53,380 nucleotides of DNA from Sandaracinaceae bacterium (lineage in GTDB: Bacteria > Myxococcota_A > Polyangia > Polyangiales > Sandaracinaceae), in the NCBI GenBank assembly GCA_044220955.1, contig JBGAQA010000018.1, forward strand, positions 1 to 53,380, given 5' to 3'. Every line of letters begins with the position of its first letter. Position 1 is the stretch's first letter. Below the pieces are notes generated by a model. That model had not been told where the DNA came from, made no database searches, and saw nothing but the letters and a program-made list of their open reading frames with translations. A program made the translations under genes and the position numbers. Positions 46,413-53,380 of the stretch are shown here, piece by piece.

Positions 46413-48314
46413 TCAGCGCTTCGAGGCGCGCGGCTCGTCCACGTGGACGACGCCGCTGCGATCGACGGCCTGCTCGACCGCCTCGAAGCCGACGAGGTGC
46501 TGCGTCTGCTTGATCCCCTTGAGGTGTGCGTCGAAGGTCCGCTCCGGCAGGCCCTCGAACACCGGTCGGAGCAGCGGCGAGCGGGCGTTCTCCTCGGTGA
46601 GCACCACCTCGCTCGCGGCGGCCTGGGCCTGGAGGCGCGCGGTGACGTTGACGGTCGTGCCGAAGTAGTCGAGCCGCTCGTTCGCGCGGACCATCAAGGA
46701 GGGCCCCGCGTGGATGCCGATCTTCACGCCCAGGCCCATCGGCTGGTACTTCGCGTCGTGCCCGCGGATCATCCCGAGCGCCGCGCGCGCTGCGTCGTCG
46801 AGCGTCGCGAAGCTCGCCATCACGGCGTCGCCCATCGTCTTGACGATGGCGCCGCCGTGGCGCGCGATCTCCGCCTCGCAGATCCGGAAGTGGTCCTCGA
46901 CGATCGCGAACGCCCTCGCGTCGCCGACCTTCTCGTAGAGCGCCGTCGAGCCCGTGAGGTCGCTGAAGAGCAGGGCGACGTGCCCGACCTTGAGCTCCAC
47001 GCCGGCCGCGGGCGCCTCGGTCGAGAACAGGTTGGCGAACTCCGGCATCGACGCGATGGCCGTGCCGAGGACGGCGTCGGCAGACCAGGCGCCGCGCTCG
47101 AAGAGCAGCGCGATCTCCTCCTTCGACTCGTTGGCGACGACCACCTCCGTCCTTCCGCTCGTCGTCCCGGCGTGCGTGACGGCGATGTGCTCGTCGCCGA
47201 CGGTGATCGTGAGCGTGGCGGGGCGATCGTCGAGCTGGGCGTCGGCGGTCCGGCGCGTCCAGAGGGTGCGCAGGTGAAGCGCGCCCGCGGGGATCTCCAT
47301 CGCGTGCGTCGCCTTCGCTCCGGCGTCGAGCCGCAGCTGCGCGAGCACGTGCGGTAGGAACGCGGGGCTCGACGCGCAATAGAGCGACGCCGACACGCGG
47401 CGCACGGCCTCGCTCACAGGGAAGACCGCCTCGACGTGCTGGGCGAAGTCGACCTCGTAGTCGATCTCGCACGCGCCGCAGTGCGACTTCTGCCCGAGGT
47501 CGCCGAGGGTGTCGATCACGCTCGCGCCCACGCGGCACACGGGGCAGTTGATCTGCCAGGAGAGGTCGGTGAGCCCGACCTCCGTCGCGTACAGGAACGC
47601 GCGCAAGACATCCCGGCGATCCACGCCCCACGTGCGCGCGAGCTCGAAGGGCCGGATGGAGGCGACCTCTTCGTCGGGCCGATCGCGCAGGAACGTGACG
47701 ACGCGCTCGACCAGCGCTGGCGTGACGGGCCTCTCGCGCATCCGCCCGGCGCGTGCCTCGAGCTGCTCGAGATCGGAGGGCGTGCGGGGGCCGGACGCGG
47801 CCTCCTCGTAGCCGCCCGCGAGCAGCCGCCGCGCCTGCACCACGGCCGGCTCGTCGAGCGAAGCGCTCGCGCCCTTCACGCCCCCCTCGAGCACGGCCGC
47901 GATGCCGCCGAGGTAGCGCCCGAGCGCGCTGCCGAATTTCGCCTTCTGCATCTGACCGACGAGCCAGCCGGACTCCACGTACGCGTACGCCTTCACGCGC
48001 GTGGCGCCGCCCGGCTCGTCCCCGAGGGTCACGCGGAAGCCGCCCGCCTCGAGCGGCCCCTTCCGGAAGCGGCGCAGGCCCTCGACCATCTCGCCCTCGA
48101 CCCACTGGTAGGGCGGCTCGATCCACTCGAGCTCGAGGCCGAGCTCCTTGGCCTTCGCGAGGCGGAGGTTGCGCTTTCCGTCCTTGAGCCACGAGTACTT
48201 CGCGGGCGCGAGCCCGGCCGCGCGATCCCAGCGGTTGGTGTCGGAGACCACGGCCCACACGAGCGAGCGCGGCGCCTGGATGACTCGCTCGAGCTGGGCC
48301 GCGTAGGTCGCCAT
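46413..48314 (-). CDS. Class III adenylate cyclase with N-terminal SRPBCC-like and DUF5939-like domains
   Basis: LLFSDLTGST, VKTMGDAVMA, DYFGTTVNVTARL; middle WQINCPVC...HCGAC; N-terminal LVWAVVSDTNRWDR. Confidence 0.88.
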   Translation of the reverse strand: MATYAAQLERVIQAPRSLVWAVVSDTNRWDRAAGLAPAKYSWLKDGKRNLRLAKAKELGLELEWIEPPYQWVEGEMVEGLRRFRKGPLEAGGFRVTLGDEPGGATRVKAYAYVESGWLVGQMQKAKFGSALGRYLGGIAAVLEGGVKGASASLDEPAVVQARRLLAGGYEEAASGPRTPSDLEQLEARAGRMRERPVTPALVERVVTFLRDRPDEEVASIRPFELARTWGVDRRDVLRAFLYATEVGLTDLSWQINCPVCRVGASVIDTLGDLGQKSHCGACEIDYEVDFAQHVEAVFPVSEAVRRVSASLYCASSPAFLPHVLAQLRLDAGAKATHAMEIPAGALHLRTLWTRRTADAQLDDRPATLTITVGDEHIAVTHAGTTSGRTEVVVANESKEEIALLFERGAWSADAVLGTAIASMPEFANLFSTEAPAAGVELKVGHVALLFSDLTGSTALYEKVGDARAFAIVEDHFRICEAEIARHGGAIVKTMGDAVMASFATLDDAARAALGMIRGHDAKYQPMGLGVKIGIHAGPSLMVRANERLDYFGTTVNVTARLQAQAAASEVVLTEENARSPLLRPVFEGLPERTFDAHLKGIKQTQHLVGFEAVEQAVDRSGVVHVDEPRASKR

Positions 48315-48358
48315 GAAGCGAGTCAGAGCGTGCCACAGTTGGAGGGCGCGTCGCGATC

Positions 48359-49750
48359 TCAGACCGGCGCGCCGCAGCTCGGGCACCTCCCGAGCTCCGT
48401 CGGGAACGCCGCGTGGCAGTACCGGCACTCGCGGGCGCCGACTCCCTCGGCGATGCGCTGCAGCTCGGGGTAGAGCTTCTCGAGCTCGTAGCTGCTCATC
48501 CGGTCGTCGTCCGCGGCGGGCGACCAGATGACCTCCAGCGCGACGATCGGGTCGGTGGCGCCGGGCGCGATGCGCGCGATGGCCGACTCGAGCGCCGCCG
48601 CGTCGAAGCGCGCGGGCGGCGGGACGATCGGCGCCTTGCCCGCGACGACCACGGTGACGACGACGAGGCCGGCGCCCTCGTCCTCGCGTGCCCGGTACTC
48701 GGGCGTGGCCCGAACGGCGTCGTTTCGCACGAGCTCCGCGCGGTAGCGGGCGCGGGCATCGTTCGCGCGGGCCTGGAACCAGGCGCGCGGATCTCCGGTC
48801 GAGAGCTCCCAGCTCGCGTAGCGCGCGGCGTGCGCGCTCGCGGCCAAGAGCGACGCCGTCGCGCGCGCACCCGACGCGAGGCCCGGCCGCGTGCGCAGGT
48901 CGAAGCGGGTCGCCAGCGCCGCGAGCTCGGCCTGCAGCTGCGCACGCACGGTCCAGTCGAACGCGATCGAGAGCCGCATCGCGGGCCCGGCCGGACCGCG
49001 TTCGGACGCGCGCGGCGGCGCCCCGGCGGAGGTCGCTGGCGGGCCCGGGACCGGGACGAAGGCGGAGGTCCGCGACGAAGGGCGCAAGAGGCGCGTGATC
49101 ACGAGCGCGAGCGCGAGCAGCACCATCGCCGTGGGCGCGCCGCAGACGAAGCCGTCGAGCACGCTCGGTGGCCCCACGACCGGCAGCGACGCCGGCGCGA
49201 TCGTCGCGGGCTCGCGCGGGGCCCAGCCGTCGTCGACGGGAGCGGGCGGTGCGAGCGGCGCCTCCAGAGGCAGCACGCGCGGCGATGCGACGCGCGGGAA
49301 CGCGGGCGTGGCGGGCCACGGTAGGTCGGCGACCCGGAGCGAGGGCGGGAGCGCGAGGCGACGCGCGCGCTCGGCGGCGCGGCGCGCCTCTTCCGCCAGG
49401 CGTGCCCGCTCCGCGGCCTGACGTGCCTCCTCCTCGGCGCGACGCGCCTCCTCCTCGGCGCGACGCGCTTCCTCGGCCCGGCGTTCGGCCTCTTGCCTGT
49501 CGCGCTCCGCCTGCGCCTGGCGCTCCGCCCAGTCGTCCTGTGGCGCGGCTCCGCCACCGGTGAAGCCGCCGCCGCCGCCGTAGTCGATGCTCCCGCCACC
49601 CCCGCCCGAGGGCTCGTCGTCCCAGGCCGAGCCTCCGAAGCTGCCGCCCGACTCCTGCGCTCCGCAGGGCGTCGTGACGATTGCGAGCGCGAGCGCGAGC
49701 ACGAGGCCGAGCGGGGAGCGGAGCACGTCTGCGAAGATACCGCGTCGCAT
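48359..49750 (-). CDS. DUF1517-domain membrane protein with C-terminal zinc ribbon
   Basis: SGGSFGGS after a signal peptide; LEVIWSP....DRMSSYELEKLYPEL; CRYC...CPSCGAP. Confidence 0.78.
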   Translation of the reverse strand: MRRGIFADVLRSPLGLVLALALAIVTTPCGAQESGGSFGGSAWDDEPSGGGGGSIDYGGGGGFTGGGAAPQDDWAERQAQAERDRQEAERRAEEARRAEEEARRAEEEARQAAERARLAEEARRAAERARRLALPPSLRVADLPWPATPAFPRVASPRVLPLEAPLAPPAPVDDGWAPREPATIAPASLPVVGPPSVLDGFVCGAPTAMVLLALALVITRLLRPSSRTSAFVPVPGPPATSAGAPPRASERGPAGPAMRLSIAFDWTVRAQLQAELAALATRFDLRTRPGLASGARATASLLAASAHAARYASWELSTGDPRAWFQARANDARARYRAELVRNDAVRATPEYRAREDEGAGLVVVTVVVAGKAPIVPPPARFDAAALESAIARIAPGATDPIVALEVIWSPAADDDRMSSYELEKLYPELQRIAEGVGARECRYCHAAFPTELGRCPSCGAPV

Positions 49751-49773
49751 CGGCTCGGTGATACGGTCCGCGC
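49751..49773. promoter_or_regulatory. Candidate bidirectional leaderless promoter
   Basis: 23-bp divergent gap; + strand TG-a-TACGGT 6 nt before GTG 49774; - strand TATCAC 7 nt before ATG 49750. Confidence 0.45.
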
Positions 49774-51291
49774 GTGGCCCGTGGGCTCGTGCTCCTCGTC
49801 GCGATCGCCGCCAGCGCCGCCGTGGCGGTGGGCTTCGCGTACCTCGCGCGCGATCGCGCGTACACGCAACCGCAGGACGTGCTCGAGGGCGCGCTCGCGG
49901 CCGAGATCGCGCTCGCGACCGATCAGGGGCTCGTCGCCGCGCCGGAGCGGGTCGTTCGCGAGAGCAGCGTGAGCCTGTCGCTCACCGTCGAGGCCGGCGA
50001 GTGCATCGCGCTGGTGGCCGCGAGCGAGGGCGTCACCCCCCTCCAGGTGTCGCTCCACGTCGGCACGCTCGGCCCCGTCGAGGACGGCGACCTCGTGCAC
50101 GTCGCCGCCTGCGCGAGCGAGGCGGGGCCCGCGTCGCTGCAGATCGTGCGCTTCGGACCGGCCCCCTTCGAGATCGAGCAGACGATCCGCTACACCGTGC
50201 TGCGCGGCCACGTCCGCGATCCGCGCTCGTATGCCCGCCTGTCGATCGGCGAGGCGCAACGCGCCGCCTTCGACGCGCTCGCCGTTCGCGCGCGCATGTC
50301 GCTCCACACCTCGGGGGGCCGCACCATCGGCGGCGAGTGGAGCGCAGACGGGGAGCACGCGGTTCTGCTTCCTGCATCGCGCGCCACGTGGGCGGGACTG
50401 CGTGCGCTCGCGGGTCGCCTCGGCGCCGTCCCGGCCGTGTCGCCGGAGCAGGCGGCGTCCGATCCTTTCGCCGCTGCCAGCGACACGCCCGTGCCCGCGC
50501 GCGTGTTCACGCCGGACGGACAGCGGCGCGTGATCGCGGTGATCGACGCGGGCGCGCTCGGGGCTGGCTGCGTGGAGATCCTGCTCGCGCGCCTCGAGGC
50601 GCCGACGCGGGCGGCGACGGTGACGCGCGTCAGCGTGCCCGACCTCGCGACGGTCACGCTCCCGGTGAGCGACCCGGCGCTCACGATCGACGCGATCTGC
50701 CCTGCCCGTGGCCTGTTCGCGTACACGGTGCCGGAGGGCGAGGTCGGCAGCGTCGTCGTGGTCGCAGCGCGCTCGGACGCCGAGAGCGCCGTGGCGCCCG
50801 AGCCCTCGCACTTCGGCGACGCCGTGGGCGGGCGCCATCCCTCGACGGGCCTCGTGGTGCTGCCCGTCGCGCTGGTCGCGTGGTCGCGCGCCGCGTGTGC
50901 GACCGGAGAGGTCGAGGCGTGCCTCGCGCTCGCCGCCCTCGCGCACGACCGGATCGAGGGTGCGGGGACGGTCCGCGATGCGCTCGAGCCGCTCTGCGAC
51001 CGGAGCGGCGGCGCCGCGTGCGACGTGCTCGCGGGCGCGATCACGGACGACGCGCCGCGCGAGGCGGATTCCTTCGAGCGGCGGGCGTGCGCGACGGGCG
51101 CCGCCGACGCGTGCATGCGCCGCGGGGCGCGCTACCTGGAGGCCGCGCGCGACCTCGCCCAGGCGCTACGGACGTTCCGCTTCGGCTGCGCGCACGGCTG
51201 CGCCGACTGCTGCACGGCCGCGAGCACCATGCGCGAGTGGCAGCTCGCGCCGCCCGACGCGCCCGCCGAGGAGCCCGCCGAGCCCGGCTGA
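49774..51291 (+). CDS. Membrane-anchored hypothetical protein with C-terminal Sel1/Hcp-like Cys repeats
   Basis: N-terminal TM helix; repeated AC..G...AC units near the C-terminus. Confidence 0.65.
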   Translation: MARGLVLLVAIAASAAVAVGFAYLARDRAYTQPQDVLEGALAAEIALATDQGLVAAPERVVRESSVSLSLTVEAGECIALVAASEGVTPLQVSLHVGTLGPVEDGDLVHVAACASEAGPASLQIVRFGPAPFEIEQTIRYTVLRGHVRDPRSYARLSIGEAQRAAFDALAVRARMSLHTSGGRTIGGEWSADGEHAVLLPASRATWAGLRALAGRLGAVPAVSPEQAASDPFAAASDTPVPARVFTPDGQRRVIAVIDAGALGAGCVEILLARLEAPTRAATVTRVSVPDLATVTLPVSDPALTIDAICPARGLFAYTVPEGEVGSVVVVAARSDAESAVAPEPSHFGDAVGGRHPSTGLVVLPVALVAWSRAACATGEVEACLALAALAHDRIEGAGTVRDALEPLCDRSGGAACDVLAGAITDDAPREADSFERRACATGAADACMRRGARYLEAARDLAQALRTFRFGCAHGCADCCTAASTMREWQLAPPDAPAEEPAEPG

Positions 51292-51327
51292 CGCTCCACG
51301 CGTCTTCACGCTATCGTCGCGCCAACG

Positions 51328-52095
51328 GTGGCGGAGCCGACGCTCGATCGTATCCGGCCGACGGCGCTCGGCGAGCTCGCGAAGTGGCAGCTGCACTTCG
51401 AGCGGGCGCTCGTCGCCTCGGGGCTCGACGCGGCCGCGACCGCCGCCGTCATCGAGGGCGTCCGCGCGCGGCTTCCTGTCCTCCTCTCGTCGGCGCCCGA
51501 TCCCGGGCTCGCTGCACCCCACATGCGCGCGTTCTCGGTGTCGGGCGTGATCTACGTCGCGATGTACCTCGAGCTCGCGTCCCGCGGGCAGAGCGCAGCG
51601 GCCGCCTGGGCGATCTGCGAGGCTGCGACGCGGGCACGCTTCGCGGCGATGAAGGGGCTCGAGAAGCGCCTGGCCACCGACGGTATGTTCGGCTGGCCCA
51701 TGCGCGCGCTCTCGCGCTGGCTCTCGAAGCGCTCGCACGCGGCGCCGGTTGGAGGCTGGGTGTTCTCGTTCGTCGAGGGCGAGCCGGGCGTGTTCGACTA
51801 CGGCGTGGACTACGAGCGCTGCGCGATCCGCGAGATGGCCATCGCGAACGGCGCGGGCGACTTCGCGCCCTACATCTGCCTGGCGGACGTCCCCGGGAGC
51901 GAAGAGTTCGGCTGGGGCCTCGCGCGGACCGAGACGCTCGCGCAGGGCGGCAGGCGCTGCGACTTCCGGTTCAAGAAGGGCGCCGAGACGAGTGTGAAGG
52001 TGCGCCTCCCGGTCGCGTATCCTGGGCCGCAGCCACATCCCGGGGTCACTCCACACCCCCCTAACATCCCGGAACGAAAGCGTTCGGGCGGGTGA
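51328..52095 (+). CDS. L-2-amino-thiazoline-4-carboxylic acid hydrolase family protein
   Basis: YGVDYERC...ICLAD...LARTETLAQGGRRCDFRF. Confidence 0.8.
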   Translation: MAEPTLDRIRPTALGELAKWQLHFERALVASGLDAAATAAVIEGVRARLPVLLSSAPDPGLAAPHMRAFSVSGVIYVAMYLELASRGQSAAAAWAICEAATRARFAAMKGLEKRLATDGMFGWPMRALSRWLSKRSHAAPVGGWVFSFVEGEPGVFDYGVDYERCAIREMAIANGAGDFAPYICLADVPGSEEFGWGLARTETLAQGGRRCDFRFKKGAETSVKVRLPVAYPGPQPHPGVTPHPPNIPERKRSGG

Positions 52096-52205
52096 GTGCG
52101 CGTTTCGTCGGATCGCTCGCAGAAACCGGAACGTCCCGCGAATCGCGCACCTAGCCGCAGGTCCGCAATGATCTCGGCCACTTGCGACCCCGTGGAGTGA
52201 CCCCG
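52041..52205. mobile_element. MITE-like 165-bp element with 14-bp perfect terminal inverted repeats
   Basis: CGGGGTCACTCCAC (52041-52054) and GTGGAGTGACCCCG (52192-52205) are exact reverse complements; no transposase or target duplication seen. Confidence 0.5.
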
Positions 52206-52238
52206 TGGAGATCAGAGCACCCGTGGAGATCAGAGCAC
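52203..52238. repeat. 18-bp tandem duplication CCGTGGAGATCAGAGCAC x2
   Basis: Copies at 52203-52220 and 52221-52238; the second spans the stop codon of the amidase gene. Confidence 0.85.
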
Positions 52239-53042
52239 GCGATGCTTCAGGCTGGGTAGGCTCGCGCGCACGCGCGCGACCACGCTCGGGTCGATCCACG
52301 CAGAGGCGAAGCCCTCGCCCTCGCCGCACTCCGCGAGCACGACGCCCCAGGGGTCGGAGATCAGGGCGTGCCCGTAGCTGCGGCGCTCGCCGTGGTGGTG
52401 CCCGGTCTGCGCGGCGGCGAGCACGTACGACTGCGACTCGATCGCGCGGGCGCGCAGCAGCACGTGCCAGTGATCCTTGCCCGTCGTGAGCGTGAACGCG
52501 GCGGGGATGGCCATCGCGATGGCGCCGCGATCGACGAGCGCCCGGTAGAGCTCGGGGAAGCGCACGTCGTAGCAGACGCTCAAGCCCAGCACGCCGAACG
52601 CCGTGTCGGTCGCGACCACCTCGCGGCCGGGCTCGACCGTCGCGGACTCCTCGAGCTTCGTTCCGTCCGGGAGGTCGACGTCGAAGAGGTGGATCTTCCG
52701 GTACACGGCGCGCACGCCTCCGCCCGCATCGAGGTGCACGCACGCGTTCTTCGACCTCTCGGGGCTCGCGCCGCGCTCGTAGAAGCCGCCGAGCACGAGC
52801 TCCGCGCCGGTCCTCTTCGCGAGCGCCTGCATGCGCGCGAGGATCGGGCCGCCCTCGGGGAGCGGCTCGGCGATCGCCAGCTTGCCCTTCTCGGGACCGA
52901 GATACGCGAAGCACTCGGGCACGACGATCACCTTCGCTCCGTCGGCGGCAGCCTCGACGACGATGCGCTCGACGCTCGCGAGGTTCTTCTCCACGTCGGG
53001 GCCCGACGTCATCTGCAGGACCGCGACCTTCGTCTTCGTCAT
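52230..53042 (-). CDS. Carbon-nitrogen hydrolase (Nit1/deaminated glutathione amidase-like)
   Basis: VVPECF (E), YRKIHLFDV (K), SVCYDVRFPE (C), PAAFTLTTGKDHW, RAIESQ, SYGHA. Confidence 0.92.
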   Translation of the reverse strand: MTKTKVAVLQMTSGPDVEKNLASVERIVVEAAADGAKVIVVPECFAYLGPEKGKLAIAEPLPEGGPILARMQALAKRTGAELVLGGFYERGASPERSKNACVHLDAGGGVRAVYRKIHLFDVDLPDGTKLEESATVEPGREVVATDTAFGVLGLSVCYDVRFPELYRALVDRGAIAMAIPAAFTLTTGKDHWHVLLRARAIESQSYVLAAAQTGHHHGERRSYGHALISDPWGVVLAECGEGEGFASAWIDPSVVARVRASLPSLKHRVL

Positions 53043-53070
53043 CGTCCGCTTCCCTCGCTCCGGCGCCCGC

Positions 53071-53346
53071 TCACGACGAGCCGTGCCCCGAGACCCACCC
53101 GAGCTGCATCGTCTGCACGATCGTGTCGCCGCCGTCGCGATAGATCGACACCGAGACGCCGTTCCCGTCGGGCGCCGTGGCGGTGAAGCGGTGCGCCTCG
53201 CCGTCGCCCGCGGGCGCGTCCGCGAGCGTCCAGTGCTCCGCCGTGAGCGCGTCGCGATAGGCCCGGACGGTCGTGTCGACGTCGCGCTGTGGGTACGCGA
53301 CCAGCGCGACGCGCACGGGGCCCATCGCCGGTGGCGCGCGCCGCAC
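53071..53346 (-). CDS. Hypothetical protein, probably 5'-truncated at the window end
   Basis: Plausible alpha/beta C-terminal domain (YRDALTAEHW...VSVSIY); 5' end runs into a low-complexity poly-C end. Confidence 0.5.
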   Translation of the reverse strand: MRRAPPAMGPVRVALVAYPQRDVDTTVRAYRDALTAEHWTLADAPAGDGEAHRFTATAPDGNGVSVSIYRDGGDTIVQTMQLGWVSGHGSS

Positions 53347-53380
53347 CCCCCCCGGGGCGGGCCGGGAGCCCCCCCCCCCC

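Noticed and set aside
53340..53380. Poly-C/G tract at the window end as a contingency locus or G-quadruplex
   Set aside because: Most likely a low-quality contig end; it cannot be assessed without reads.

Overview
Very GC-rich bacterial chromosomal window. It is most likely from a myxobacterium (Myxococcota, Polyangia/Sandaracinaceae-like); this is inferred from the many Cys-rich lipoproteins, DDDCxGxxDC repeats and VWA-like lipoprotein, not from a marker gene. In order: a DUF6036-like nucleotidyltransferase with a coupled partner gene (possible toxin-antitoxin pair); a maltose-type ABC importer with binding protein and permease fused; a long minus-strand run of lipoproteins with a TPR lytic transglycosylase, two LuxR-type regulators and an orphan FliJ/SctO-like gene; sdhCAB; a class III aminotransferase with a P5CDH-like aldehyde dehydrogenase; and a Tat partner plus GMC oxidoreductase. 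The highlight is a roughly 10 kb anaerobic module (29.9-39.9 kb): tandem GNAT, had, oah, dch and bcrCBAD (class I ATP-dependent benzoyl-CoA reductase pathway), convergent with a lipoprotein Cu-nitrite reductase (nirK), with an FNR/CRP-type box at each outer end. Downstream are two SAM methyltransferases, a large GT-C-like membrane protein, a hotdog thioesterase, bolA-grxD, an SRPBCC-DUF5939 adenylate cyclase, a DUF1517 protein, an ATC-hydrolase-family gene carrying a 165-bp inverted-repeat-bounded element at its 3' end, and a Nit1-like amidase. No rRNA, tRNA, CRISPR array or transposase was seen. All family calls come from motif recognition; no database search was run. Many ORF-track entries are GC shadow frames, and starts were trimmed to the likely codon.
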